Virus record (IMG/VR): IMGVR_UViG_3300027513_000017 | Location: 1 to 58,289 of that record | Reading direction: 5' to 3' (one strand) | DNA length: 58,289 nucleotides | Source of the DNA: a virus | Taxonomy: Duplodnaviria; Caudoviricetes | In this document: piece after piece, positions 35,364 through 46,235 of the stretch | Layout: each line of letters starts with the position of its first letter | Numbering within the stretch: position 1 is the stretch's first letter | Position numbers and translations under genes: made by a program | The notes under the pieces: generated by a model | Database searches by the model: none | What the model was told of the DNA's origin: nothing | The model's input: only the letters and a program-made list of their open reading frames with translations

Positions 35364-35738
35364 ATGCAAGAACACTCATCAGCAACCCCTCATGCGCTAC
35401 TCGATTTTCTGTACGTGTTAGCAATACCTATTGCAGGTGCGCTAGGTGCTTTAGTTAATAGATTTCTGAATCGCAGGCGGGTTAGACCAGAATTATCGAT
35501 CCTTGAAGCCAGTGCAGAGAAGACCCGAGCAGAAGTAAGAAGGCTGGACGGTGAAACAATTGACCTGGCCTACGATCGGATCCTCGAACTTGTGGAAATC
35601 AATCGGGAGTTAAGCAAGCAACTGGACTTGTGTGAGATACGCGGTCGCCACCACGAGGCCCAGGAAAAGCGGATGCTCGCAATCATGTCACTACATGGAA
35701 TCAAGTACAGCGAATTTGATGAGCCGAAAGAAAAATGA
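35364..35738 (+). CDS. Membrane-anchored coiled-coil protein
   Basis: Transmembrane helix followed by a coiled coil. Confidence 0.6.
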   Translation: MQEHSSATPHALLDFLYVLAIPIAGALGALVNRFLNRRRVRPELSILEASAEKTRAEVRRLDGETIDLAYDRILELVEINRELSKQLDLCEIRGRHHEAQEKRMLAIMSLHGIKYSEFDEPKEK

Positions 35739-35974
35739 GTCCCATCAATCAAGTTAAAGCGTCGTACTCACCGAAGGGTGAGACAGAAGACAGTGTTTGG
35801 CGCGGAGCAGAGTTGTTCGATATGAGCGAAAAGCCTAACAAATATGCTACCTCTCCACAGGGCCAGTACCCACGATCTAAGGCAGGCTATTCAACTCTGA
35901 TTGTCTTCATAATTGTGATTGGATTTGTGATCTTATTAGGCATAGGAACTTTGGTTAGTTGGTGGGTGAGGTAA
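35735..35974 (+). CDS. Small membrane protein
   Basis: C-terminal transmembrane helix; ATGA coupling. Confidence 0.5.
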   Translation: MSPINQVKASYSPKGETEDSVWRGAELFDMSEKPNKYATSPQGQYPRSKAGYSTLIVFIIVIGFVILLGIGTLVSWWVR

Positions 35975-35978
35975 CAAA

Positions 35979-36170
35979 ATGCCGTTAATAACAATAGTTG
36001 TCGTGCTCATTATTGTGGGCGTTCTTTTGTGGCTAGTGAATCAATACATTCCGATGGACGCAAAAATCAAGACCATACTCAACATCGTGGTACTCATCGC
36101 GGTAGTGCTGTGGTTGCTAAATGTGTTTGGGCTATTCGCGGGGCTGTCGCATATCAAGGTGGGAAGTTGA
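35979..36170 (+). CDS. Two-TM membrane protein (Thivi_2564-like)
   Basis: LIIVGVLLWLVN.YIPM...IK.ILN.VV.I.VVLWLL.VFG; GAGGT RBS. Confidence 0.75.
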   Translation: MPLITIVVVLIIVGVLLWLVNQYIPMDAKIKTILNIVVLIAVVLWLLNVFGLFAGLSHIKVGS

Positions 36171-36192
36171 AAGACTGAAAAAGAAATCAGAA

Positions 36193-36651
36193 ATGAAGAA
36201 CGGTGGAGCAAGGCCGGGGGCAGGCAGGAAGCCCGGAGGAAAGAACAAGGCCACACTTGAACAGCAGAAGGTCTTAGCGGCTTTCAATCAGCGAGTGATG
36301 GCTAAGGCCGATGCTCTATTCAACGCTCAATTAACACTCGCAGTTGGCTCGATGAAGGTCTTCCGTATCGACGAGGAAGAGGTAGACGGAAAGACGAAAC
36401 GAGTTCATACGCACGTCACTGACGCTGATGAAATCAAAGCGTTACTTGATGAGCATGAAGGTGGCCCGGGTGTTGTTGACGGGGTTTATTACTACTTCAC
36501 GGATATTCACCCTGACAACAGGGCGCTTGATTCGATGTTGAATAGGGCGTTTGGCAGAGCGGCAGAAACCATTAAGCATGAGAACACTGATGGCTCCCCG
36601 TTACTTCAGCCACTGGCCGAGGCGATGATGAAAGTTTATGGCGGTAAGTAG
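36193..36651 (+). CDS. terS: Terminase small subunit (putative)
   Basis: GGARPGAGRKPG.KNK.T N-terminus; RAFGRA...H...DG.PL; directly upstream of terL. Confidence 0.75.
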   Translation: MKNGGARPGAGRKPGGKNKATLEQQKVLAAFNQRVMAKADALFNAQLTLAVGSMKVFRIDEEEVDGKTKRVHTHVTDADEIKALLDEHEGGPGVVDGVYYYFTDIHPDNRALDSMLNRAFGRAAETIKHENTDGSPLLQPLAEAMMKVYGGK

Positions 36652-38053
36652 TTACGTTCCCACTAATCAAGCCTTACACAGTGCTGCTTTGCTGTTAGCG
36701 CAGACCGCTAAGACTGCCGGTGTTCCGCAAGACTCTCTCGATCGGTTTCTTCGCGCTGGTTATGTACCGCAACCCAAGCAATTAGAGTTTCATGGTGCAG
36801 CTCGTGAGTGTGACGCTCCCGATGGCCCGACACAGGTTGGTTTTGGTGGTGCGCGTGGCCCCGGTAAGTCACACGCTGTATTCGCTCAGGCAGCATTAGA
36901 TGACTGTCAGCGAGTAGCGGGGTTGAAGGTTCTCTACCTGAGAAAGATCCAGAAGAACGCCAAAGAGCAGTTTGAAGACTTGAGACGGTCAGTTCTCTTC
37001 CAGACTCCGCACACGTTCACAAACGGGGTGCTTCACTTCCCGAACTCCTCAAGGTTGTTTCTCGGTCACTTCAGAAACGAGTCAGACATCGATCAGTATC
37101 TCGGCATTGAATATGACCTGATTGTGATTGAAGAGGCTACTACTCTTTCATTGGTGAAGTATCGAGCGTTAAGAGACTCGAACAGAACATCCAAGCAAGG
37201 GTTTCGACCGCGTATCTACTCAACGACCAATCCTGGCGGTGTAGGTCATGCTTGGTTCAAGGCGACGTTCATTAAACCTGCCCGTGAGATGGGCGAAGAA
37301 GATACGCGGTTCATCTTTGGCACAGTTGAAGACAATGCTTTCAACGATCCTGACTACAAGAAGAAACTGGAAGAGAACACGGGCTGGAGACTCAAGGCGT
37401 ATCGTTACGGTGATTGGGACATTGCCGCAGGTCAGTATTTCTCCACCTGGAACCATGAAGCGATAGTCAAGAAAGACCTGAAGATTATGCCGGGGTCAGA
37501 TGTGTGGTGTTCGCTGGACTATGGCTATCAGCATCCCACGGTCTGTTATCTATTCGCTGAGTATGACGGGAAGAAGCAGGTCATAGATGAGCACTGGAGA
37601 CGCCACGCTTTAGCCGTAGACCACGCCGCTGACATCAAGAGGATGCTCGCGCGACACGGACTAACCCTAGCGTCGTTAAAGTCATTTGTAGCGAGTCCTG
37701 ACGCCTTTGCTCAACGGGGTAACGAGTCAGGGAAGACGATTGCTGATCAGTATGCAGACAACGGAATCAGGCTGACGCGAGCGAACGATGATCGAGTGAA
37801 CGGCGCCGCGTATCTCTTAAAGCTCTTAGGGCGGGTAGAGTCGCAGACCGAAAAAGCGATCGCGCCGCAGATAGAAATCTCTGACAAGTGCGTGAAGTTG
37901 ATCGAGAACATCCCTACGTTGCAGCACGATCCGCACAGGCCAGAGGACGTGTTGAAGGTGGACATTGATGATGACGGGAACGGTGGCGATGATCCTTACG
38001 ACGCAGCCCGTTATGGTCTGATGGTGAGACACCGCGAACTCCGAATGTACTAA
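36638..38053 (+). CDS. terL: Terminase large subunit
   Basis: Walker A GGARGPGKS, Walker B LIVIEEA, TTNPGG.GH.W, nuclease DYG, DD..DA.RYG. Confidence 0.95.
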   Translation: MAVSSYVPTNQALHSAALLLAQTAKTAGVPQDSLDRFLRAGYVPQPKQLEFHGAARECDAPDGPTQVGFGGARGPGKSHAVFAQAALDDCQRVAGLKVLYLRKIQKNAKEQFEDLRRSVLFQTPHTFTNGVLHFPNSSRLFLGHFRNESDIDQYLGIEYDLIVIEEATTLSLVKYRALRDSNRTSKQGFRPRIYSTTNPGGVGHAWFKATFIKPAREMGEEDTRFIFGTVEDNAFNDPDYKKKLEENTGWRLKAYRYGDWDIAAGQYFSTWNHEAIVKKDLKIMPGSDVWCSLDYGYQHPTVCYLFAEYDGKKQVIDEHWRRHALAVDHAADIKRMLARHGLTLASLKSFVASPDAFAQRGNESGKTIADQYADNGIRLTRANDDRVNGAAYLLKLLGRVESQTEKAIAPQIEISDKCVKLIENIPTLQHDPHRPEDVLKVDIDDDGNGGDDPYDAARYGLMVRHRELRMY

Positions 38054-39502
38054 ATGAAAATAATTACTCCCATACTCAATCGACTTGGCTTACAGCATAA
38101 GGCCGCGAGCGACGTACCCGATCTCGGTCCACAGAGCCTTGCTGAGCCCACTTATCGTTTTAACGGGTGGGGTTGGAATCGCTTTCGCGGGCGAATAGAC
38201 CACAGAGCCGAGGTGGGCGATCTGGATGGTAATTCACTAGCGATGGCGGTAGTAAATTACACCGCATCGAGAATCCCCGAAGCCAAGCCGGTAGTGGTTA
38301 CGACAAAGGGTGACGAGGTTATTAGTGATCCGTTTCACCCGATGGCGAAGTTAATCCGTCGTCCCAACAATCATCATGTGTGGGCGAACTATGTTCTGGC
38401 CTGTTCTATGTCGTGGTGGTTCTCAGGTAACTGCTATTTCTACAAAGCTCGTTCCGTCTCAGGTGAGGTTGTTGCCCTTTGGTATCTGCCACACTTCTTA
38501 GTCAGACCCCGCTGGCCGAATGATCGGGCTAATCCGCAAGTTCCCTCTGACGCTAAGAACGATCCGTTTCTTTCCCATTATGAGTATCGGGTGCCTGGGC
38601 GCGAGCCGGTTCTGTACCCCGCAAAGGATATTGTTCACTTAAAGCGCGGCGTGGATCTCAGTAATGCAAGGCTAGGATTGGGCGCGTTTGAGTCGTTGTT
38701 TAAGGAGTTGTATGGCGATGAAAAGATGGCCCTATATACAGCGGCGATAATGTCCAATATGGGCATTCAGGTGCCTGTAATCTCTCCGAAAGACGGGGGG
38801 ACGGTTAGCGAGACACAGGCGGGCGCAATGAAGGAGATGTGGCTATCGAAGACCACCGGGGAAAACGCGGGCGAGCCGGTAATCCTTACTGAGGCAATTG
38901 ACATTGAGAAGTTTGGGTTTAACCCTTCCGAGTTGGATCTATCTGTCTTACGGATGATCCCCGAGTCTCGAGTAGCGGCAGTGACCGGCATTCCGGCAGC
39001 GACGTTACAGTTGATGGTCGGGCTACAAAATGGGACTTCCTATGCATCGAGTGAGCAGGCAAGACAGCAAGGATATGAAGAGGTGATTATCCCGATTCAG
39101 TCTGTGTGGGCGGAAGAGTTTACGTGGCAGTTACTGGCCGACTTCAAAGGTTCACAGAACTCCGAGTTTGCGTTCGATACTTCGAGCGTGCGGGTACTGC
39201 AGGAAGATCGTGACAATCTCTTCCGTAGAGAGACAGACGCACTAAGGTCAGGTGGACAGACGCTTAACCAATTCCTGCAAGCGGTCGGAAAGAAGCCAAT
39301 AGGGCCAGAGGGTGACATCTATTATGTACCCGGTATGTGTAAGCCAATGACCGCAGAGCGAATTCTAGCCTCGGCTGATGGTTCATTAGCGCCTGATCCG
39401 ATTGATCCATCTGTTGAGGCGGCTCAACAAGCGGCTGATATTGAGAAGATGTTTGCAGACCTTGAGGCGCAGATGAAAGGCTTCCATGCAAACGCTCGCT
39501 GA
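38054..39502 (+). CDS. Portal protein (HK97 family)
   Basis: HP...L..RPN, GNCY, LW.L....V, IVH.K, GLG; follows terL. Confidence 0.9.
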   Translation: MKIITPILNRLGLQHKAASDVPDLGPQSLAEPTYRFNGWGWNRFRGRIDHRAEVGDLDGNSLAMAVVNYTASRIPEAKPVVVTTKGDEVISDPFHPMAKLIRRPNNHHVWANYVLACSMSWWFSGNCYFYKARSVSGEVVALWYLPHFLVRPRWPNDRANPQVPSDAKNDPFLSHYEYRVPGREPVLYPAKDIVHLKRGVDLSNARLGLGAFESLFKELYGDEKMALYTAAIMSNMGIQVPVISPKDGGTVSETQAGAMKEMWLSKTTGENAGEPVILTEAIDIEKFGFNPSELDLSVLRMIPESRVAAVTGIPAATLQLMVGLQNGTSYASSEQARQQGYEEVIIPIQSVWAEEFTWQLLADFKGSQNSEFAFDTSSVRVLQEDRDNLFRRETDALRSGGQTLNQFLQAVGKKPIGPEGDIYYVPGMCKPMTAERILASADGSLAPDPIDPSVEAAQQAADIEKMFADLEAQMKGFHANAR

Positions 39503-40373
39503 GAAAGTCCAGACTCTAAGACTCCATGCGTACAAGGCCGTGAAGCTGGTTCAGTTTTGGGAGTCAGCACTAAAGGAGCATGGTGAACTTCGCGCAGAGC
39601 AGTTTTACCTCCACCTCGGCCTAAATCACATTCAAAGGAAAGGTGTTGAGTGGGAAGGACTCACCCTCTCCCGTGAGCCCACCGAAGCAGAAAAGATCGC
39701 TGTCAAAGGTGTTTCAGTCACTCAGGAATCAGCTAAGGAAGCAATTAACAAAACGCTTCTAAAACTCCGCACCGAGTTGATTGATGATGGTCTGCACCAG
39801 ATAGCTAAACTTGAGCCATCGGAGTATCACGCGCTCATTCTGGAAGCCCCAAAGGATCTCGAAAAAGAATTACGTGGCAAGCTCAGTGCGATCCACAAGC
39901 AGGGCCGACAGTTAGTCGCTAACGAGTTGGGCAAGAAAGACGCGCTCCCTGATTACGATGATGAAGAACTCGATACGCTGACAGGCTTAACAAATGCGCG
40001 GGTAGCAAATGACGTGCAGTCACGTATTGCTGACGCGGCAGCAAGGCATCGACAGGCGGGACTTGAAGGCGATGAGTTGATGGTCGCGATCGCTGATGAG
40101 ATTAGCGGCGGGTCGGTGTCGTACATCGACCGGGCAAGTATTGGGCTAGGCAACAAGGTGATCGGTCTAGGTAGGAGTTGGGAGGCGCAACGCAGGTCTG
40201 ATAGTTGGGGGCGGGTAGAATATTCAGCTCTGCTTGATAACAACGTGTGTGGCCCGTGCGCGAGTGAGGACGGTAAAACCGCGAATAGTGAAGATGATTT
40301 ACAGCCCGCGCCAAATCCTGAATGTGAAGGGAGTGACTATTGCCGTTGCTTCCACGTGTACATCAATCAATGA
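39486..40373 (+). CDS. Head morphogenesis protein (SPP1 gp7/MuF-like)
   Basis: C-terminal YSALLD..VC..C...DG.....P...C....CRC; follows the portal gene. Confidence 0.75.
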   Translation: MQTLAEKVQTLRLHAYKAVKLVQFWESALKEHGELRAEQFYLHLGLNHIQRKGVEWEGLTLSREPTEAEKIAVKGVSVTQESAKEAINKTLLKLRTELIDDGLHQIAKLEPSEYHALILEAPKDLEKELRGKLSAIHKQGRQLVANELGKKDALPDYDDEELDTLTGLTNARVANDVQSRIADAAARHRQAGLEGDELMVAIADEISGGSVSYIDRASIGLGNKVIGLGRSWEAQRRSDSWGRVEYSALLDNNVCGPCASEDGKTANSEDDLQPAPNPECEGSDYCRCFHVYINQ

Positions 40374-40984
40374 ACCCCTGGCAATTCTTCGACCGCAAAG
40401 TCTGTCTTTCTCTCCAAGACCACGAGTGGCAAAAGGGTGTGGCCGAGTTTGAGCGCATTGGCCTTCATGGTGTCGAGCGGTATCAGGCAGTAAAAGAGAT
40501 TGGTCCACACCAGAGCTTTAGTCATTCAGAACGAAACATTCTCATTGACTTCTACCATTCAGACGCGGACACGCTGTTACATCTTGAGGATGACGTTGCA
40601 TTCAGGGAGATGGATCACCTTGAACGCGCTCTGGCAGAGTTACCGATGGATTGGGACATTCTTTATCTCGGGGCTAATTTGATCTGTTGGGACAATGGCG
40701 AGCCGCAACCGGAGAGATATTCACCGCACTTGTTCAGGGTGTACGCCGCATGGACAACTCACGCAGTGGCGTACAACAAGAAGTGTGTGTTTGAAATCTT
40801 AGCGAAGCAGTCAGAGTTCAGCGTGCAGATGTTCGACAATTATTTGTCGGGTAGGTTGAGTGAGTTCAACGCTTACGTTGTGGCGCCAATGGTTGCTTAT
40901 CAGAGACCACGTTACAGCAGTATTTGGGAACGAGAAGACGATTACACCCCAATCTTTGAAGCGAGTGACGGGAAACTGAAATGA
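40370..40984 (+). CDS. Glycosyltransferase family 25-like
   Basis: SH, LEDD, LPxDWDILYLG, TTHA motifs. Confidence 0.8.
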   Translation: MNPWQFFDRKVCLSLQDHEWQKGVAEFERIGLHGVERYQAVKEIGPHQSFSHSERNILIDFYHSDADTLLHLEDDVAFREMDHLERALAELPMDWDILYLGANLICWDNGEPQPERYSPHLFRVYAAWTTHAVAYNKKCVFEILAKQSEFSVQMFDNYLSGRLSEFNAYVVAPMVAYQRPRYSSIWEREDDYTPIFEASDGKLK

Positions 40985-41169
40985 CACCCGGCAAGAAAGG
41001 TTACAACCCTGAAATAGCGGAGCTATTCTTCAAGCGTCTCCGGCAGTGTGAGGGTAATGTCACTCTTGTTTGTAAGCGACTGGACATAGCCCACGCTACG
41101 CCTTACGCATGGAAGCAGAAGTATCCAGAGTTTGCGAAGCGGTGGGAGGAGTTGAAGAAGGCCGCATGA
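40981..41169 (+). CDS. Small HTH protein
   Basis: GNVT..C....I...T.Y.W....PEF...W pattern, as in terminase-small-subunit-type HTHs. Confidence 0.65.
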   Translation: MTPGKKGYNPEIAELFFKRLRQCEGNVTLVCKRLDIAHATPYAWKQKYPEFAKRWEELKKAA

Positions 41170-41942
41170 TTCATTTAGTCACATTTGCAGATGAGTCGAT
41201 GAGCAGAGCGCGTCAGTTATGTGCTGATAGCGCAATTCGCCACGGTGTTAATCAGGTGCATCTGTGTTCGCCTGAATTCCCAACAACGGAACGCGGTTAC
41301 GGCTTTTGGCGTTGGAAGCCGGAGATGATAATCGATCGCATGAACGGTACTGAGTTCGTTGACCCGCTCAAAGACGGAGAAATCTTGATCTACAGCGATG
41401 CCGGAATCGAGTTCATCAACTCCGTCTCCCACATCATCGAGCGCATGGATCAGGACATCTTTCTATTTGGAAACAACTGGGAACACGCGCATTGGTGCAA
41501 GAGAGACATTGTTCAATGCGTCTGGCCCACTGGTAACGATGCTCCACCAGATGAAACGGTCGTGTTAGATCCGCGCCCGTGGTCGGATTTCGGCAAGCAA
41601 GTGCAAGCCTCAGTAATCTTCTTTCGTGTCTCTGACTACTCTAGAAAGTTTGTGGCTGAATGGTTGCAGTGGTGCTTGTTTGAAGGTGGGCGATTGATAG
41701 ACGACTCACCAAGCAGGGTTCCAAACCATCCAGAGTTTAGAGAGAACAGACACGATCAAGCGATACTGACTACGCTGGCGTATAGGGAAGGGATTAAACT
41801 TCATTATTGGCCTAGTGTGTACAACAAGGGCGGTTCCCCTGAGTTTGTGTACGACAAGTTGCCTGAGTATCAGAGTGACGACTATCCCGTGTTGTTTTCT
41901 CACCACAGGAAACGCAATCACGAATGGAGCGAAGCTGCATGA
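41166..41942 (+). CDS. Putative glycosyltransferase or glycan-modifying enzyme
   Basis: GYGFWRWKP.II, LIY.DAG, WCKRD, F.E.RHDQ motifs; context among glycosyltransferases. Confidence 0.6.
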   Translation: MIHLVTFADESMSRARQLCADSAIRHGVNQVHLCSPEFPTTERGYGFWRWKPEMIIDRMNGTEFVDPLKDGEILIYSDAGIEFINSVSHIIERMDQDIFLFGNNWEHAHWCKRDIVQCVWPTGNDAPPDETVVLDPRPWSDFGKQVQASVIFFRVSDYSRKFVAEWLQWCLFEGGRLIDDSPSRVPNHPEFRENRHDQAILTTLAYREGIKLHYWPSVYNKGGSPEFVYDKLPEYQSDDYPVLFSHHRKRNHEWSEAA

Positions 41943-42538
41943 CATTCGTTCCACGCGTAACCCTCAACGAAGAATCACAAGCAATCTGGCAAGGTGAAAA
42001 CCTTGAGCATCTGCGCTATGAATACGACCTCAAGCCTGACGATGTTGTAATCGACATTGGGGCGCACACAGGGGAATTCAGCCAGCGGATGGTTGAGAAG
42101 TTTCATTGTAAGGCAATCGCTATCGAGCCAACGGGATTCATTACTGATGAGGTGATGGCGAATAAGTCAATCGAAGTGATTCCACAGGCGGCATCGGATT
42201 ACGATGGGCTGCAATCATTTGGCGGTCTCTCACTTTACACTTCCATTTATGAACCGTCAGCGCATCGTTACCCTTGCTTTGATATTTGCACGCTGCTTGA
42301 AAAGTATCCTGACATTGGGTTGGTCAAAATAAACATCGAGGGCGGGGAGTATCGACTGTTGAAGCACGTTCTGCAATCAGGACTACATACCAGGATAAGG
42401 AACTTACAAGTGCAGTTCCATCAGCTTGAAGATCAACCTTATGAGCGGTGGTACGCGGAGATCGCAAATGAGCTGGCAGACACGCATGTTCTGTCGTTCC
42501 AGTATGAATACTGTTGGGAGAATTGGAGGCGAATGTGA
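41939..42538 (+). CDS. FkbM-family methyltransferase
   Basis: VIDIGAHTG.F, IEP, KINIEGGEY, QVQFH. Confidence 0.85.
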   Translation: MTFVPRVTLNEESQAIWQGENLEHLRYEYDLKPDDVVIDIGAHTGEFSQRMVEKFHCKAIAIEPTGFITDEVMANKSIEVIPQAASDYDGLQSFGGLSLYTSIYEPSAHRYPCFDICTLLEKYPDIGLVKINIEGGEYRLLKHVLQSGLHTRIRNLQVQFHQLEDQPYERWYAEIANELADTHVLSFQYEYCWENWRRM

Positions 42539-42735
42539 ACGCTAATTTTGAGGTTCGAGTTGGGCAAGAATGTTTCGGGAATATCGGGCTAGGTATAGTG
42601 CCGAAGCCAGACGGCCTCAAGGCTGTGTTGGTGGAAGTAAAGAACGGCGTCACCTACTTCAACACGGTCAAGGAATTGGACGCAGCCATTGATCTACTGA
42701 CAAAGGCCCGCGCTGAGGCGTTTCCCAATGCTTAG
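42535..42735 (+). CDS. Hypothetical protein
   Basis: GGAGG RBS; GTGA coupling; fills the gap in the cluster. Confidence 0.5.
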   Translation: MNANFEVRVGQECFGNIGLGIVPKPDGLKAVLVEVKNGVTYFNTVKELDAAIDLLTKARAEAFPNA

Positions 42736-43375
42736 TTTTGTAAACAAGTACGCGAAGAACATCTACGCCTCACAAAACGGCGAAGAAGGTATTTTGATCG
42801 AGTGCTGCAAGCGTCTTGGTATCGTTAAAGGTCATTCGGTAGAAGCTGGTGGTGCGAACGGATTATTTTGCAGTAACTCCGCGTTACTACTAAAAGACCA
42901 TCAATGGTCGGGTCTATTTGTCGAAGTGTCATACGACTTGCACCAACAGAGCAAAGCAAATTGGATTGACCGACCTGACGTAAGACACCAGTGTTCAAAG
43001 GTAGATGAGAAGAACATAAACGCCTTCGTAGATGAACGCTGTGATCTCGTCAGCTTAGATACTGACGGAAGCGACTATCGAATCTTTGAAGGCATGACAG
43101 CCAAGCCGAAGATCGTCATCGTGGAGATCGACAGCCGCATCCCGCCAGATGTGGATGAATTTAGCGCGCAGGGGGGTTCAGGATTCCGGCCAATGGTGCA
43201 ACTTGGGATCTCAAAAGGCTATTTTCTCCTTTGTCACGTTGGAAACTTGATATTCGTTGATCGTCAGTATAAAGAATTATTTCCAGAGATAGATGCTGAT
43301 CCATTGGAATATCCAGAAGCGTACTTTCTCGATGCGATCCTGACAGGTGATCGCTCGTACTTAGCCAATGTTTAA
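42728..43375 (+). CDS. FkbM-like SAM methyltransferase
   Basis: SQNGEEG, VE.G...G...SN..L.....WSG..VE, DL.S.D.DG.DY. Confidence 0.75.
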   Translation: MLSFVNKYAKNIYASQNGEEGILIECCKRLGIVKGHSVEAGGANGLFCSNSALLLKDHQWSGLFVEVSYDLHQQSKANWIDRPDVRHQCSKVDEKNINAFVDERCDLVSLDTDGSDYRIFEGMTAKPKIVIVEIDSRIPPDVDEFSAQGGSGFRPMVQLGISKGYFLLCHVGNLIFVDRQYKELFPEIDADPLEYPEAYFLDAILTGDRSYLANV

Positions 43376-43964
43376 TTTTGCCGCCATCCCGAAGTATTGC
43401 ATCAACCTGGCTCGCAGGGTAGACAGACGCGAACATGCGGAGCGGGAATTCCGGCAGCACGGGCTAGACGTTGAATTCATTACCGCCATTGACGGCAACG
43501 ATATTATCCTCCCTGAACTTAGCACTAAGGCACACGAGTATTACGCAAAGGGGAATTGGGCCTGCGTTCTGTCTCACTTATCAATTATCAAACAAGCGTC
43601 TACGGAATATATCTGCATTTTTGAAGACGACGTAAAATTGTGTGACGGGTTTACTGACCGCATGGCAAATATCGAACCACCGGCCTTTGATATTTTCTAT
43701 CTTGCGGGCGGGTACAAAGAAGGTGAAGACATTGGCAACGGATTCCATTCCGTAAAGGTGATGAATGGGACGTGGGCCTACATTCTTGGAAAAACTGCAG
43801 GGGAATTTATCGCGAGAAACATTACCTATAATTGGGGGCCGGATCAATTCTATTCTGACGTGCTGCTAAGTCGGTTTAGGGGCATCACCTACTTACCGTC
43901 AATGGCCACACCTTCGGCGTTAGCCGCAGACGGCGACATAGGGGGGCCGAGTACCGCAAGATGA
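43368..43964 (+). CDS. Glycosyltransferase family 25
   Basis: YCINL.RR.DRR, AIDG, AC.LSH, IFEDD. Confidence 0.85.
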   Translation: MFNFAAIPKYCINLARRVDRREHAEREFRQHGLDVEFITAIDGNDIILPELSTKAHEYYAKGNWACVLSHLSIIKQASTEYICIFEDDVKLCDGFTDRMANIEPPAFDIFYLAGGYKEGEDIGNGFHSVKVMNGTWAYILGKTAGEFIARNITYNWGPDQFYSDVLLSRFRGITYLPSMATPSALAADGDIGGPSTAR

Positions 43965-44506
43965 GCGAGCACCTGGGAGGAGCATTCGAGGAAGGAGATC
44001 CACTCACGTTCATGCCCGACATTTGGGGCTACTTGTTGGTCAAGTATGCATTGAAATCGGTGCTTGATATTGGTTGTGGATTTGGTTATGCGTTGAAATG
44101 GTTTGCCGAGCAAGGCTGTCAGATTCTAGGTGTCGAGGGATGGCATGAAGCAGTGGAGAGGTCGCAAGTGCCGAGTGTTATTGAGCACGACTTTCAGGAC
44201 GGTATCCCTGAAATCAGCCAGTCGTTTGACCTCGTTTGGAGTGCGGAATTTTTAGAACACGTTGAGGAGCAATATCTACCGAACATCATGCCTGTTTTCC
44301 AAAAGGCGACGTATTCCTGTATTACTCATGGAGAACCAGGACAACCCGGGTATCATCACGTCAACTGTCAGTCTGACGGTTACTGGATTGATAAATTTGC
44401 TGAGTATGGAATGATCCTGAACGAACAAGAGACAGCACTGTTAAGGCGGACTGATCGAGGGGGATTGTACGGCAGACGGACGCTGATGTTGTTTACGACG
44501 CAATGA
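43961..44506 (+). CDS. Class I SAM-dependent methyltransferase
   Basis: SVLDIGCG.G, FDL..S.E..EH, PGQ.G.HH.N.Q...YW. Confidence 0.85.
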   Translation: MSEHLGGAFEEGDPLTFMPDIWGYLLVKYALKSVLDIGCGFGYALKWFAEQGCQILGVEGWHEAVERSQVPSVIEHDFQDGIPEISQSFDLVWSAEFLEHVEEQYLPNIMPVFQKATYSCITHGEPGQPGYHHVNCQSDGYWIDKFAEYGMILNEQETALLRRTDRGGLYGRRTLMLFTTQ

Positions 44507-45264
44507 CAAACCTCGTTACCTTTAACATGCTAGGCCGCTATGGGCGACTCTGCAATCAGATGTACCAGATCGCGGGAGTGATTGGCGTAGCACGCAAGAA
44601 CGGCTTTGACTTCGCCTTCCCTCAGTGGCGCAACTGGGACCACGTTGAACGCTTTGGTTCAAGCGATGACTGCGATGTCTACAAGCATTTTGTTAATCCA
44701 CTTCCCTTATACGATGGCCCGTCACTCCCTAATCAATCAGTCGAGTGGGGCTATCACGATGTCAAACTAACTCAAGCCGTAAGCCTCTCAGGTCACTTTC
44801 AGTCAGAGAAATACTTTGAACACGCGATCGATGAGGTCAAGTGGTACTTCACAATGAAGGACGAACCTCTGTGTAATGACTATGTGGCGATCCACGTTCG
44901 GCGGGGGGATTACGATGACGCCTATCACCCGCGAGTCCCTGAGAGTTACTACCGAGCGGCAATGAGTGAGTTTCCCGATGCTCAGTTTCTAGTTTTCAGT
45001 GATGACATTGCGGAATGTAAAGAAATGTTTGGCTCGGAGGTCGATTACTCCGATGGACGTGATTACCTAGAGGACTTCAAGTTACTGAAACGCTGTAGGC
45101 ACTTCATCATTGGTAACAGCTCCTACGGGGCAATGGCGGCAGTATTAGGCGAAGCGGAAGACAAGAGAGTGGTGACACCGCGTCCGTGGTTTGGCCCTAA
45201 GTACACCGGAATTACGGGTGCAGATATTTATCCTTCAGGCGCGGTGATTATTGACTACGCATGA
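44503..45264 (+). CDS. Alpha-1,2-fucosyltransferase (GT11)
   Basis: [31 protein letters not shown]. Confidence 0.9.
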   Translation: MTNLVTFNMLGRYGRLCNQMYQIAGVIGVARKNGFDFAFPQWRNWDHVERFGSSDDCDVYKHFVNPLPLYDGPSLPNQSVEWGYHDVKLTQAVSLSGHFQSEKYFEHAIDEVKWYFTMKDEPLCNDYVAIHVRRGDYDDAYHPRVPESYYRAAMSEFPDAQFLVFSDDIAECKEMFGSEVDYSDGRDYLEDFKLLKRCRHFIIGNSSYGAMAAVLGEAEDKRVVTPRPWFGPKYTGITGADIYPSGAVIIDYA

Positions 45265-46235
45265 CTAGAGCGTTAATAACCGGAATCACGGGTCAAGACG
45301 GTAGTTACTTAGCTGAACTGCTTCTGAGTAAGGGATATGAAGTACACGGCATCGTCCGACGATCTTCTTCCTTCAATACGGGTCGCATAGACCACATCTT
45401 TGAACAGTTACACCTTCACTTTGCCGATCTCACCGACTCTTGCTCGTTAATGAATCTCTTGCAGAAGGTTCAGCCTCACGAAGTCTACAACCTCGGCGCA
45501 CAGTCGCACGTACAAGTCTCGTTTGACATTCCTGAATACACCGGAAATGCCACCGGTCTTAGTGCTACTCGATTACTAGAGTCCATTCGAGGGCTACAAC
45601 TTGAACCGAAGTTCTACCAGGCATCATCTTCTGAGCTGTTTGGTCAGGTCAAAGAGATCCCACAACGGGAAACGACACCGTTCTACCCACGCTCCCCGTA
45701 TGGATGCGCGAAGGCTTATGCATATTACGTGACGGTAAACTACCGAGAAGCATTCGGGATGCAGGCGAGCAACGGGATTCTCTTTAACCATGAGTCCGAA
45801 CGGCGCGGGGAGACATTCGTATCGCGCAAGATTACGCGAGCAGCCACTAGAATTAAACTCGGCCTACAGGACAAACTGTTCTTAGGGAACCTTGATGCAC
45901 AGCGCGATTGGGGCCACGCAAAAGACTATGTGAGAGCGATGTACCTAATGCTCCAGCATGATGCGGATGACTACGTAATCGCTACAGGTGAGACGCACTC
46001 AGTCAGAGAGTTTCTGACGGCGGCATTTGGTTATCTGGATCTCGATTGGAAGCGATATGTAGAGGTTGATCAGCGATACTTCCGACCGGCAGAGGTTGAT
46101 TTCCTGCAAGGTGACGCAAGCAAGGCAAGAAGGGTTTTAGGATGGGAGCCGGAAATAGGATTCACCGACTTAGTGCAATCAATGGTTGATGCAGATCTGA
46201 AATTAGCGCGGAATGAGGTACTTCTAGCCGCGTGA
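45261..46235 (+). CDS. gmd: GDP-mannose 4,6-dehydratase
   Basis: [69 protein letters not shown]. Confidence 0.97.
   Translation: MTRALITGITGQDGSYLAELLLSKGYEVHGIVRRSSSFNTGRIDHIFEQLHLHFADLTDSCSLMNLLQKVQPHEVYNLGAQSHVQVSFDIPEYTGNATGLSATRLLESIRGLQLEPKFYQASSSELFGQVKEIPQRETTPFYPRSPYGCAKAYAYYVTVNYREAFGMQASNGILFNHESERRGETFVSRKITRAATRIKLGLQDKLFLGNLDAQRDWGHAKDYVRAMYLMLQHDADDYVIATGETHSVREFLTAAFGYLDLDWKRYVEVDQRYFRPAEVDFLQGDASKARRVLGWEPEIGFTDLVQSMVDADLKLARNEVLLAA

Noticed and set aside
41939-44506. Methyltransferases as DNA MTases, or the cluster as a DNA hypermodification system
   Set aside because: No NPPY/DPPY/PC motifs, no base hydroxymethylase or TET-like gene, and the cluster sits in the late head operon among sugar enzymes
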